A stretch of 36,032 nucleotides of DNA, from IMG/VR virus record IMGVR_UViG_3300030708_003584, positions 1-36,032 of that record; one strand, written 5' to 3'. A program made the position numbers and the translations under genes. Origin of the DNA: a virus (taxonomy: Duplodnaviria > Caudoviricetes). A model generated the notes under the pieces. The model was not told the DNA's origin. It did not search any database and worked only from the letters and a program-made list of their open reading frames with translations. Below are positions 7,458 through 17,109 of this stretch, piece after piece (within the stretch, counting starts at the first letter, position 1; the number at the start of each line of letters is the position of its first letter).

Positions 7458-8518
7458 GACACCTCTACACTCACGCTAGCTCCCGCACCGGCATTTGCAG
7501 GTTCAGTGTTATTAAATACAGTGCGGGTCGTTGGCACGACGGTGATGCTCGGAGGCGTCCCTGACCAGTCCTCCCAATAGGTAGGCAATGGTGCGCGTGT
7601 AAAAACAGGGTCTGGCCACTGGTCGAAGTCTCGGACACGTTTGTATTGGCGAGTCGACCATTTTTGTTGGCTCGTGGTAGCTAGCGGTACATCAATTCCC
7701 GCGTAGTCTTCACAGCGAATCTTGTCGGTAATAATATCGGTGTTGCCGGTGTGATAAATGGCCTTCTGTACACCGCCCCACCAACCACAAGCGATGCCTG
7801 AGAATGTATCGTAGCACCACGGCTGGTGACCTGGACCATATTCGGCATATAACCACTGCGAAGGATTTTCAATCGGCGTTTGTGGAAACGACCACGCATC
7901 TTTATATGGCCAGCTAATCCCGCCGGTGTCGGTAGTCGTTACCTTACACGGACCGCGAGCCCATGAGCGTGTTAGGACAACTGTGAGCCCAAATCCTTGG
8001 AACTTAACATCGGTCGTCCTTTTTCCATTGACGACATCGGATGTGACTAGAGTGTATTGACCAAGGTACATCGCGATGCCGCACATATCTGATGTAGTCA
8101 TCGTTCCCGAAAAGCCAGATACGGTTAAGCCAGGATTGGTAGGCCAGTACAAACTCTGCGTTTCAAAATCTCCGTAAGGTCCACCTGTTGTTCCGAAAAG
8201 ATGCTGTTGCGCCGGACTGTATTTGACACTCACCGTCGCTCTGGCTGCGTTTCCAAACATGGGACTATCCCCAGTGTCTGAACCACCGTTGATAATCACC
8301 GTCCATTTTTCTAGACACTTTTGATTGTCGTCATCTCCGTCGCCATCACTCGACGGATCAACATCGCAAATAGGGCACGCCGTTGGACGATTGCACGAAA
8401 GACAAAACCCGTGCGACCAGCTATTATCGGCAAGGAAAATTGGACGTTTTAAAATGTTACGCACCTCTACCGATCCGCTCGAACTGGTAGTGATCGTCGT
8501 TTGTTGTGAAAAGCTCAA
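7454..8518 (-). CDS. Putative tail/virion protein
   Basis: Probable TTG start at 8518 overlapping the upstream TGA (TTGA) with GGGAG 9 nt upstream; the ORF track extends to 8635. Confidence 0.6.
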   Translation of the reverse strand: MSFSQQTTITTSSSGSVEVRNILKRPIFLADNSWSHGFCLSCNRPTACPICDVDPSSDGDGDDDNQKCLEKWTVIINGGSDTGDSPMFGNAARATVSVKYSPAQQHLFGTTGGPYGDFETQSLYWPTNPGLTVSGFSGTMTTSDMCGIAMYLGQYTLVTSDVVNGKRTTDVKFQGFGLTVVLTRSWARGPCKVTTTDTGGISWPYKDAWSFPQTPIENPSQWLYAEYGPGHQPWCYDTFSGIACGWWGGVQKAIYHTGNTDIITDKIRCEDYAGIDVPLATTSQQKWSTRQYKRVRDFDQWPDPVFTRAPLPTYWEDWSGTPPSITVVPTTRTVFNNTEPANAGAGASVSVEVS

Positions 8519-9981
8519 TAGACTAAACTCCCATCGATCTCTTCGATAAAACCGGCTTCGACAAATGCCGCCGCTGCGACCGAACCGGAATCGAGCTCTG
8601 TTTGAAATGTGCTGCACCATCGCATTCGATACCATGTTTGCGATTTAACTGGGTAACTTTCACCGTTGATGCTTCCGCCAACGCCATCCGCGTCGCCGAT
8701 CACTAACGTCCAGCCGTGGACGATTTGATCACCGGCGTTACCCCGTACTTCGATATCCGAAGCCAGGCCGATCCGCACTGGACTATTCGTGTAATTGTCT
8801 TGCAATGTGCCATCGGGCTCAGTGTACGAACGTATGCCCATTTGGCTGGCGAGCTTTACTACCTGCGACGAACCAACAGTAACCGTTGTGCCGTCAAATG
8901 ACGCCGTGCCATCGATAACAAGTAAATCGGTTTCATCACGATTACGTGAGTCGAGCCATGCAATATCAGTAGCGTCACCGCATTGCCAAGAGATGCACCC
9001 CGGACAGGATGGTTCGTTATCGTCTGGGTCACTCTGATCTGTGTACGAAAGTTGGACGCTGTGACATTTAACGCTTGCGTCGAGTGAGATCCCAGCCTTG
9101 TCTCCCATGCCGGATACGCCGTCCCCGTAACCTGATCCATTTTGCATGCCCACCGGCTTTTCAATGGATGGTCCCACCAATGCCACAAACGACAGATCGC
9201 TGGTCGACATGCTTCCAGCGTTTTGCTGCTTGATGCAATACCTGAGAAACACTACCCCGTCGTCATTCGCTATCTGCCCGTGTAGTTTCCCGTCACTGGC
9301 TGGCAAAATGCCGAGGTTGGAAATATCAGGTGGACACACTTCGGTGGTTGACGAGCCTTGAACCAACGTCGACACCAGACGATAGTCATCCTGACAGTTG
9401 GTGCAGTCACTGAAGGTTAACTGCGTTTGGTTGTAATTTGCTGACGAGGCATCGCAAGAAGATCGAACACGCAGGTGGTCAGGATCTGAGGAATCACCGC
9501 GTCCACTGCCCGAGATTTCTAAGACATAGCTATAGAGCTCGTCTGCATCACTAATGAACAATGTGGAGCTCGCACCGGCATTCGACACTAAACACTCATC
9601 ATCAGTTACGCCCCAGAGGTAATTAGCTTTGGTTGTATTTGTGTAATATTCAGTCCCAAGCCGTTTGACTGTTAATTCTGAAATTCCGTTTGATTGCGGA
9701 TCGAGATCGGCTGGGTTCTCTGCGTCGCTAAAAAGAAAACGAACTGTGACGTTCGAGCCGCTCACATCATCGACGTACCAGTAGTATTTTTTGGAATCTA
9801 CGGTGGACGTACCGGCAACCGTATCACCGATCTGCACGTAGCTCGGTGTGCTCATCAGCGCGAGGGTCCAGGTGGGACCTGTGCCATATTGCGTGCTCAC
9901 CATCAGCGTTTCTAGACTGATCCGGCTAAACGAATCACGCAGCAAGCAACAACCGTCACAGAGTTCGTTACAACAGCCCAT
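8515..9981 (-). CDS. Cys-rich putative tail tip/virion protein
   Basis: MGCCNELCDGCC N-terminus; Ser/Thr/Asp-rich; downstream of the tape measure gene. Confidence 0.6.
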   Translation of the reverse strand: MGCCNELCDGCCLLRDSFSRISLETLMVSTQYGTGPTWTLALMSTPSYVQIGDTVAGTSTVDSKKYYWYVDDVSGSNVTVRFLFSDAENPADLDPQSNGISELTVKRLGTEYYTNTTKANYLWGVTDDECLVSNAGASSTLFISDADELYSYVLEISGSGRGDSSDPDHLRVRSSCDASSANYNQTQLTFSDCTNCQDDYRLVSTLVQGSSTTEVCPPDISNLGILPASDGKLHGQIANDDGVVFLRYCIKQQNAGSMSTSDLSFVALVGPSIEKPVGMQNGSGYGDGVSGMGDKAGISLDASVKCHSVQLSYTDQSDPDDNEPSCPGCISWQCGDATDIAWLDSRNRDETDLLVIDGTASFDGTTVTVGSSQVVKLASQMGIRSYTEPDGTLQDNYTNSPVRIGLASDIEVRGNAGDQIVHGWTLVIGDADGVGGSINGESYPVKSQTWYRMRWCSTFQTELDSGSVAAAAFVEAGFIEEIDGSLVY

Positions 9982-10863
9982 TTAGCATTGAACTCCCGTT
10001 AGTTCCCAGCGGTCGAGATACCACGAATAGCTTAGATCGACGTAGTAATCCTCTGCGCCTTCCATCGCCATTTGGTTATAGGCAGTGATAGTGTTCCCTT
10101 TGAATGTCGTCGGGAGCAAACCGTCAAACGGGATTAAATCTTTTACTAACACGCTCGTATCGCTAACCTCCAAGTTGGCATTAAGCTTTCCACGCAGTCG
10201 CGTAGCATATGGACTAACAAAAGAGCCGATCCGAACATAACACCAGGTGTACTTCGAGACGTCCGGGTTTGGCAGCGACGCAGGTTTTGAAAAAATCTCG
10301 AATCCTGACCGGCCAGCGAGACATCCACGGAGAGCTCCAGTCATTCCGGTATCACCGGATGTAGAGACATAGGCAATGACATCGTCGAGAGAGGATAACG
10401 CGACTCGACACGCAGCTATACCGGCCACCTGAACCAACCCAGCAGATCCTTTAAGAATCGCATCCTTGGTGACCCCAAACACTCCACGTCCGGCGTCCAG
10501 ACCGTAGGTGCTAGATTCGGTGTTGTCGACAATCGGACGACTGGCATAACACGCTGGGAAGTTAGCCAGCAGATTAGTGTTCACAGTCATGCCGACTGTC
10601 ATCCAGCTACGGTACGCGGTGGGTGCATGCGGAAAATCTCGCGTGATATCAACGATTGGACTTCCAAGCTGCACCACAGTGCCTGGCCTTAAGAAGTCGA
10701 GTGCTTTCACCATGATGTAGATATTATTTCGTTCATTGTTAATGTGTGTGTTATCACGTTCCACATTTGCATTCACATAGTTGACGGCGCGTGCCATCGC
10801 GTTATGCTCGTTCGCTGAGAGAGCTTTCGGCTGACCGGGAATTGCCGGATTGACGTTGGTCAT
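9982..10863 (-). CDS. Putative tail protein
   Basis: PGQPKALSANEHNAM N-terminus; position in the tail operon. Confidence 0.6.
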   Translation of the reverse strand: MTNVNPAIPGQPKALSANEHNAMARAVNYVNANVERDNTHINNERNNIYIMVKALDFLRPGTVVQLGSPIVDITRDFPHAPTAYRSWMTVGMTVNTNLLANFPACYASRPIVDNTESSTYGLDAGRGVFGVTKDAILKGSAGLVQVAGIAACRVALSSLDDVIAYVSTSGDTGMTGALRGCLAGRSGFEIFSKPASLPNPDVSKYTWCYVRIGSFVSPYATRLRGKLNANLEVSDTSVLVKDLIPFDGLLPTTFKGNTITAYNQMAMEGAEDYYVDLSYSWYLDRWELTGVQC

Positions 10864-10874
10864 CTTAATAGTTC

Positions 10875-11711
10875 CTAAACTGGCAAGGGATTGTCTGGTA
10901 TCTCAACGCGATCTGGAACAAACGAGGCAAAGTTCAGGTAATCGTAGACACGCTCTTCATACCCGGCCATGGGGACTTGAAAGCCAATGCCGGTGGAGAG
11001 GTCGACCTGTGGCATGAAGAAATACCAAAGGTAATTCCAGCCTTGGATTGTGTGCGGTACTTCGTTGTGAATCCACGTAAAGTTTCGCGATACGGAAAAC
11101 TCGAAAGACAGACCTATGAGATCCGGGTCTGTTTGGCCGCTCACGCCGAGGAACAGAACTTCGCCGGGCTCAAATCCTCTGAACTTGTCAGCATTGACCG
11201 TACCAGTTTTTTGCATGAACGAGGAAATAAGAGTGTCGGTCACTTCGCTCGGATCATATTTGTGTGTTTCTGTAAAAGACAGAACAGGTATCGTCACATC
11301 AACGCCTTCGACCTCGTCTTGCGTGACGTTTATTGCACCTTGGAAATCAGGCGGACCTTGCCACGGATTGTAGTCAAAATCAAACACACTCTCGGTTGCC
11401 TTAGATCGAAAGATTTTTTGGGTTGCACCTGTAGTACTCCATGAGACGTCGGTGACATACCGCATTTGTTCGTTCAGGCTATATGTAACGACCACCTCCC
11501 ACACGTCATGGTCAACCGGCTTGGCTTCAATACTAGATCGACGTAAGCCACGATATGAAACCGGCGAAGTCTCTTTGATCTTGTTCGTGACGATCGTGTC
11601 ATCACTCGTCCCGACGACACTGTATATTTTTTCTGAGGTCGGATCGGTGTTGTCGAGATTTGTCGATCCGCTACCAAGTTTCTCAGTAACTTGTACGTTG
11701 TTGTCTACCAT
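10875..11711 (-). CDS. Putative distal tail/hub protein
   Basis: Directly after the tape measure gene; GTVNADKFRGFEPGEVLFLG motif. Confidence 0.6.
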   Translation of the reverse strand: MVDNNVQVTEKLGSGSTNLDNTDPTSEKIYSVVGTSDDTIVTNKIKETSPVSYRGLRRSSIEAKPVDHDVWEVVVTYSLNEQMRYVTDVSWSTTGATQKIFRSKATESVFDFDYNPWQGPPDFQGAINVTQDEVEGVDVTIPVLSFTETHKYDPSEVTDTLISSFMQKTGTVNADKFRGFEPGEVLFLGVSGQTDPDLIGLSFEFSVSRNFTWIHNEVPHTIQGWNYLWYFFMPQVDLSTGIGFQVPMAGYEERVYDYLNFASFVPDRVEIPDNPLPV

Positions 11712-14365
11712 AACAGTCCTTTTAGTTGAGCACGGGTGTTTTTATCGACGTGACGCAGGTGGTCATTGATCGAGTCGAGCTTGTCGAGTACGTTGTTTTC
11801 CCACGTCGCTTCTCGGCCTAGCATGTCGGTGATATTGCGAAGCTTCGCGGCACTTTGAAACGCACCTTGATGACCCATTAAGATTGCGTTTGCAGCAGTA
11901 TCCATGCCGGTGGCCATGTCGCCCATGCTGTCGGACAGGCTCGCCAGTTGAGGTATCTCAATGTCTGGAAGATCTCCGGCGTCGATCTCGCCTGTAACAG
12001 AATCTACAAGAGCGTCAATGTACTCATCACTAACAGCCTCGACCGGCGCATCGTGTTCAGTCGCGCCTTCGAGCATTCCACGCTTACGTTCAAACTCGTT
12101 AAACTTATCAGCGACCTGGATTTCGAGCGATAACTCCTCCATCTCTGCGCGGATTTCATTAACTTCTTTAAGGTCTTCTTTAAGCGCCTCAGCACGTCGT
12201 GCAGCTGAATTTTGTTGGCGGCGACCTCCCTCAAATAGCGATCCTTGCGTTTTTACATATTCCTCATGGGCTTTCCTCCGCTCCTCTTCCCTGATACGGA
12301 CGTCTTCCATGCGGGCTTCGAGCGCTGCCTTTTTACGTTTTTCATCTTGCTCGGCCAGTTCTTCTGCACTGTCGCCTAACCCCGTCAAGTCATTCCATAC
12401 GCCTTCAACCCAGTTCCAGGTCGAATTCCAGATGTCTACAACAAATTCTTTTGTTGCCCACATCGCGTCAGAGATACCGTCCTTTATATAGTGGTAGATA
12501 TCAATGGTCGTTTTTGCTAACCAATTCCAACCAAAGATCAGTGTGTCAACAATGTCCTTTCCGAAGTCGATGACACTGTCGCGTCCACGTCTCCACAGGT
12601 CTTTAAGCCATGCCCAAAATCCGCCCCAAATAGCTTTCAGTCCGAGAATCGCCATCTCAGCAGCCATCTCAAACTTGCCCATCTTCATCGCGGTAACGAT
12701 TCCTCCGAACGCGGTAACGGCATCGTCCTTTATATTTCCAAATATCTTGCTTGTATTTTTTCCGAACCCGTCAAAGACGCCCTGTGTCTTAATGGCCTGA
12801 GCCATACAGAGGCCAAACGTCGTGAGAAGTGCTGTACCGAAGAGCAAGATTGGGTTTGTGGCGATGAGCATGATTGCTTTAAGAGCCAGCATGGCGGCGG
12901 TGAACGCGACTTTAACGGCAATCACTGCGAGAAGGATAGCTTTATAAGCTACCCAAGCTCCGATAACGACTCCGATTGCGACAGCTAACGATTGCATGAG
13001 CGTTAGCCCCCAATCGAAAGCCTGACTAGTTGCGTGAATTGCGAGTGTGATTGCGCCGAGTAGTGGGAGCAAAAAGCCAAATTTCGTGACGAGCTTCAAG
13101 ACCGCTTTTCCGAGGAACAGGACTACGACGCCTGCGACTTTGAGTAACGGTATGAAACTTCCAAGTGCGAGGGATAGAATTTTCAACCCGACCCCGGCGG
13201 TGAAGATGATCGCCGTCCATTTCACAAATGCCAGCACCATCGCTTGGTTTTGTTTTATAAACTGTTCCGTCCATACGAGTGCCTGTTTTATGTTCACCGC
13301 CAACTTCTGAAAACCGACCGCGAGTTGTTCACCCATGACCGTAAATACCGCTTTACCGTGTTGCACGATCTGATCAAAGACGTAGCTCATGGTCGACGTC
13401 ATCTTTTCAAACGCCTTCTCAGTTGCACCAGTTGAGTTACGCATCAAACTCATGTCTTTTTCGAGCGCTTGAAGATTGCGCACTAGCGGAAGAATCGCTG
13501 TCAGAGCTCGACGATCGGGAAATATCGTTGCGATTTCAAAGTCAGTCAGTGTGGAGAGATTCTTAATCAGTCCCGGCAGACCACCCATCTTCGAGAGTGC
13601 ATCGGAGTCCATTGTCATGCCAAACATTTTTTCAAACATCTCAGCACTTTGACTGGCTGGCTTGAGTAGTGTGCTAAATGCTTGCCGTAGGCCAGTGACC
13701 GCGATATCCGTCGGAATTGCATTTCTGGTGACGGTAGCGATTGCCGCACCAACCTCTTCAAACTCGATACCAGCGGTTGCAGCGATTGCCGTCATCTTTC
13801 CGAGATTATTCGATAGTTCGCTGAAGGTTGTCTTTCCACGTTTCACCGTCGTGAACAAGATGTCTGATACTTTAGTCGCGTCGGATGTTTCCATGCCGTA
13901 CGCATTCAAAACACCCGTGATCACGTCGGCAGTTTGCCCAACCTCGCTCAATCCGGCAACGGCTGCTTTAGCAGAGACGCCTAATACCTCAATCGATTTT
14001 TCAACCGGCACGGTAGCGGACAAAATGTTGTAAAGGCCACGACTTAATCCTTCGGTTGCGAGGCCAAAATGCTTAGACATCTTTAACACATCATCACTAA
14101 GAGTGCGTAGATGTTTGCTCGGCACGTCGATCATCGTCGAGACTTCTGCCATCTGTTTTTCAAACGTCGCGAAGGCTCGCCCTGCCATCGCCACTGGCAC
14201 TGCCATCATCACGCCGGTTCGCATCATCTGCATTCCAACGCGATCCGCCACGCGGGCAAATGACTTAAGTGATACGGCTGCACGCCGTAGCCCTTCGGAC
14301 ACTCGATCATGGACGAGAAGTTCTACAGAAGCTTTACCGGCTCGGATCGCACTTGAACTTGGCAT
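11705..14365 (-). CDS. Tail tape measure protein (TP901-like core)
   Basis: 886 aa, Ala-rich helical; FEKQMAEVST...ILSA...GKTTFSEL; hydrophobic middle region. Confidence 0.92.
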   Translation of the reverse strand: MPSSSAIRAGKASVELLVHDRVSEGLRRAAVSLKSFARVADRVGMQMMRTGVMMAVPVAMAGRAFATFEKQMAEVSTMIDVPSKHLRTLSDDVLKMSKHFGLATEGLSRGLYNILSATVPVEKSIEVLGVSAKAAVAGLSEVGQTADVITGVLNAYGMETSDATKVSDILFTTVKRGKTTFSELSNNLGKMTAIAATAGIEFEEVGAAIATVTRNAIPTDIAVTGLRQAFSTLLKPASQSAEMFEKMFGMTMDSDALSKMGGLPGLIKNLSTLTDFEIATIFPDRRALTAILPLVRNLQALEKDMSLMRNSTGATEKAFEKMTSTMSYVFDQIVQHGKAVFTVMGEQLAVGFQKLAVNIKQALVWTEQFIKQNQAMVLAFVKWTAIIFTAGVGLKILSLALGSFIPLLKVAGVVVLFLGKAVLKLVTKFGFLLPLLGAITLAIHATSQAFDWGLTLMQSLAVAIGVVIGAWVAYKAILLAVIAVKVAFTAAMLALKAIMLIATNPILLFGTALLTTFGLCMAQAIKTQGVFDGFGKNTSKIFGNIKDDAVTAFGGIVTAMKMGKFEMAAEMAILGLKAIWGGFWAWLKDLWRRGRDSVIDFGKDIVDTLIFGWNWLAKTTIDIYHYIKDGISDAMWATKEFVVDIWNSTWNWVEGVWNDLTGLGDSAEELAEQDEKRKKAALEARMEDVRIREEERRKAHEEYVKTQGSLFEGGRRQQNSAARRAEALKEDLKEVNEIRAEMEELSLEIQVADKFNEFERKRGMLEGATEHDAPVEAVSDEYIDALVDSVTGEIDAGDLPDIEIPQLASLSDSMGDMATGMDTAANAILMGHQGAFQSAAKLRNITDMLGREATWENNVLDKLDSINDHLRHVDKNTRAQLKGLLW

Positions 14366-14370
14366 ATGAC

Positions 14371-15096
14371 TTATCTCCCGTAGCGTGCAGCCGAAGCCTG
14401 GCCACGCTGGTAAAAAATATCTTTAAGCGTCGAAGGGATATTCATGTCGCGGAGCAGCTTGTTCATTCCTGCGGTCGGATGGTATATCACCTTCGTGAAA
14501 GCTGGCCGCATGTATGGACGCGGTGCATATTTAATTGTTTTGCGTTTCAGGTACTTCTTATCACGCGAGATAATAAGCCTGCCCGATTTAGATCTCTTCC
14601 ACGCGACATAGATGTTTTGCGAACCACCATGCTCCAGCAAACCTGCAATCCTCGTACCGCGAGGGATAGGACCAATCACAACATTAAGCTGACGGACTTC
14701 CGGCTTGAAGAAGATGTTGTTTTTAAGAAGCTTCGTGTGCGATTTTGGTGCGTTGCCAGCGGTGCTGTAACGCCAACTCTTATAGCGTTTGCCGTTCCAC
14801 CAAACTTTATCTTTTTCCCATTTACGGCGGATCGTGTTGCGACCGATTTCGCGTCTGGCCGTCGATCTTACGTACCCACCAAAGCGGTATAAAAACACAC
14901 GGGCGGCATTATCAATACGACGCTGCGCCTTTGCGTTGAGCACATGTACTGTACGAAAGTTCGTAGTGAATGAGATGCCGTTCGTAACAGCTTTACCTGC
15001 TTTGCCCAGTTCACGACGAAACACACCCCGCGCAGCCGATACGCTGGTACGCGGCATCTTTACGTTCATCGTACTACCGAGTCGCAGGGCGGGCAT
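14371..15096 (-). CDS. HK97 gp10-like tail completion/neck protein
   Basis: Basic; GGYVRSTAR...LLEHGG...APRPYMRPAF. Confidence 0.65.
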   Translation of the reverse strand: MPALRLGSTMNVKMPRTSVSAARGVFRRELGKAGKAVTNGISFTTNFRTVHVLNAKAQRRIDNAARVFLYRFGGYVRSTARREIGRNTIRRKWEKDKVWWNGKRYKSWRYSTAGNAPKSHTKLLKNNIFFKPEVRQLNVVIGPIPRGTRIAGLLEHGGSQNIYVAWKRSKSGRLIISRDKKYLKRKTIKYAPRPYMRPAFTKVIYHPTAGMNKLLRDMNIPSTLKDIFYQRGQASAARYGR

Positions 15097-15562
15097 GTTC
15101 CAAGCTTTCTCTGTCAGGATCGCCTTCTGGCAACAGCACCTTCAGCCAGTCGATTGAGCCGGTTGTGCGGCTCACCCGTTGCTTACGCTTGAACGGGTGA
15201 AACTCTTCGGCTTTGCGGACACGGCTTCCTCTCTTGCGGTTCATGTTGACATGCAGCGAAATCAGATGCGCAGTATGCCACCACTGCTGTTCTAATTTGC
15301 CGCTGGCCATCCAGCTTAACTCGCGATATGAGAAGGGTCCTGGGTCGACTCCGAGGAATCCGGCGAGACGATAGACTTCATTCCAGAGATTGCGTCCTGA
15401 ATCCCCGCCTCGCGAGCCTCTAGGAAGCTCTTTTCGAGGTGAGTCTCCAGACGTTTGTCGTCCAGAATCGACAGCATCTCGTCGTTCGCCTTGTTCATGT
15501 GCGCCGTCGACTTGTCCCACAGTTTCTTCACCCATTCCCGCTTTCGCGGGTTCGGGAAAAAA
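15074..15562 (-). CDS. Tail assembly chaperone C-terminal extension (gpGT-like, -1 frameshift)
   Basis: -1 frame open from slippery T TTT TTC (15562-15556) to 15074; VYRLAGFLGVDPGPFSYRELSWM...FHPF. Confidence 0.65.
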   Translation of the reverse strand, partial: FFPEPAKAGMGEETVGQVDGAHEQGERRDAVDSGRQTSGDSPRKELPRGSRGGDSGRNLWNEVYRLAGFLGVDPGPFSYRELSWMASGKLEQQWWHTAHLISLHVNMNRKRGSRVRKAEEFHPFKRKQRVSRTTGSIDWLKVLLPEGDPDRESLEHARPATR

Positions 15563-15849
15563 TCCACGAGTGCCTGTACCAGTGCACCAACCGCCTCATT
15601 AAGGCAGTCGCCTGAAAGGCTTCTTCCGAACTCGACATCTGAAATATCTGCCGTGTCCAGTTTGTCTTTGAGCGCTAGGTATAGCACATCAATGGCAAGC
15701 ACCAAATCTTCAGCAAGTTTTTGGAGAGTTTCGTGGACTTTCTCATCGAGAAGATCCAATCCAAGTTCTTGCTTTATCGACTTGATACTGTGCACATTGA
15801 GTGTTACTACCCAGTTTCGTCCGTCCTTATCGCTAAAATTATTAGCCAT
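15316..15849 (-). CDS. Tail assembly chaperone (gpG-like)
   Basis: FSDKDGRNW...LVDFFP; lies between the tail tube and tape measure genes. Confidence 0.75.
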   Translation of the reverse strand: MANNFSDKDGRNWVVTLNVHSIKSIKQELGLDLLDEKVHETLQKLAEDLVLAIDVLYLALKDKLDTADISDVEFGRSLSGDCLNEAVGALVQALVDFFPNPRKREWVKKLWDKSTAHMNKANDEMLSILDDKRLETHLEKSFLEAREAGIQDAISGMKSIVSPDSSESTQDPSHIAS

Positions 15850-15865
15850 TTACGCCCCTACCTTT

Positions 15866-16300
15866 CTAGCTAATTGTCGTCCATGCCGGTGCGGTTGCGT
15901 TGTACGCCGTATTGAGCGTTACATCGACCGTCATAGCCTCTTCTAAGTTTTCATTGATGTTAAAGCCAGTGATGGTGAAATAAGCTTCTAAGCCTTGTGT
16001 ACCGCTGACAGTGCGATCACCATCCATAATCTGAAGTTGCAGATCAGTGTTATTCATGAATGCGTCTTTTACGGCTGCGAAATCGTCTTGAGCCGTATCG
16101 TAGACCATTGAAAAACTCACGTTGCCGTCTTTCAGCGTGGCCACAGATTGTCGCCATCCATTTCCACCTCGGGTTGTGATATCTGCCGTAGCTTTTTCCA
16201 AATTCAATGAAAGGTCTTTTACGTTCGTCATTTCATTCCAGCTGGAAGCGCTACTGTCGTAGCGATACATTTTCGCGTTCAATCCTAAGACGTATGCCAT
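15866..16300 (-). CDS. Major tail (tube) protein
   Basis: NVKDLSLNLEKATADITTRGGNGW...ENLEEAMTVDVTL. Confidence 0.8.
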   Translation of the reverse strand: MAYVLGLNAKMYRYDSSASSWNEMTNVKDLSLNLEKATADITTRGGNGWRQSVATLKDGNVSFSMVYDTAQDDFAAVKDAFMNNTDLQLQIMDGDRTVSGTQGLEAYFTITGFNINENLEEAMTVDVTLNTAYNATAPAWTTIS

Positions 16301-16318
16301 TGTGGAATTCCTTTTCTA

Positions 16319-16744
16319 TTATTTGATGGTTAAATACGTGACGGTGATGATTGAAAGAAACTCGTTTCGATCAGCGAGTGCCTCCAGATCAAATGCCTGC
16401 TCGTTCTGAATGCTGCTGTAAGAACAATCAGCAAGAGATTTAAGAGCAAGCGCGTCGGCAACTTGTTCTGAAAAATACAGGTGTGTTGAAATATCAGGAT
16501 CAGCGGCTGGGCTCACCGGCACACGCACAACAACATTGAGTGTGTAGATGAACTGCTGGCTATCGCGGCTCGCTATCGCGGTTTGCGTTCCTTGCGGAAA
16601 CACACTGACCTGAGCACCAGTCAGTTCTTCACGTTCAAAGTCAGGGAGGTAAGTTCTAGATGCTGTGAACGACATCGATAGCGATTGGCTCGACAGGTGC
16701 GTAACAACTGCGTCACAAAGCGTCGTGATAGTCGCATCAGGCAT
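16319..16744 (-). CDS. Tail terminator-like protein
   Basis: Size and synteny (head-tail connector then tail tube). Confidence 0.55.
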   Translation of the reverse strand: MPDATITTLCDAVVTHLSSQSLSMSFTASRTYLPDFEREELTGAQVSVFPQGTQTAIASRDSQQFIYTLNVVVRVPVSPAADPDISTHLYFSEQVADALALKSLADCSYSSIQNEQAFDLEALADRNEFLSIITVTYLTIK

Positions 16745-17109
16745 TACTTAGTCCACTTGGTATGAACGCGAATAATCTTCCGAAAGGGATCGGAGTATTT
16801 GAAATACCGACCGCTCCCGGCGTTAGTCACCGGATAGGTTTGCTGCTGGCCGTTGACCGTTTCTGTTATGGTGTCGCCGCGATCAGGCAAAACCGGCTGA
16901 CCCCCGATGGTCAGGTCGGAGGCGGGGAACACGAAGTCCCTCGCCTCGACCGTTTCCATGTAGCCATCGCCGTCCGCCGAGACAAACTCGGTATCACTTG
17001 GAATAGCCGTGAGGGTAATGTTTACATCACCGCGTGCGTACGTAATCTGTACGCCTGCTGTGTTCTGCAACAGCTTAAAGTTCTGCGCAATCGTGTCGGC
17101 AAGAGCCAT
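16744..17109 (-). CDS. Head-tail joining protein (gpFII-like)
   Basis: Follows the capsid gene; LPDRGDTI...RVHTK. Confidence 0.6.
   Translation of the reverse strand: MALADTIAQNFKLLQNTAGVQITYARGDVNITLTAIPSDTEFVSADGDGYMETVEARDFVFPASDLTIGGQPVLPDRGDTITETVNGQQQTYPVTNAGSGRYFKYSDPFRKIIRVHTKWTK

Noticed and set aside
8519-8635. Programmed frameshift fusing the 488-aa and 393-aa tail ORFs
   Set aside because: No canonical slippery heptamer; a coupled TTG start with an RBS explains the overlap
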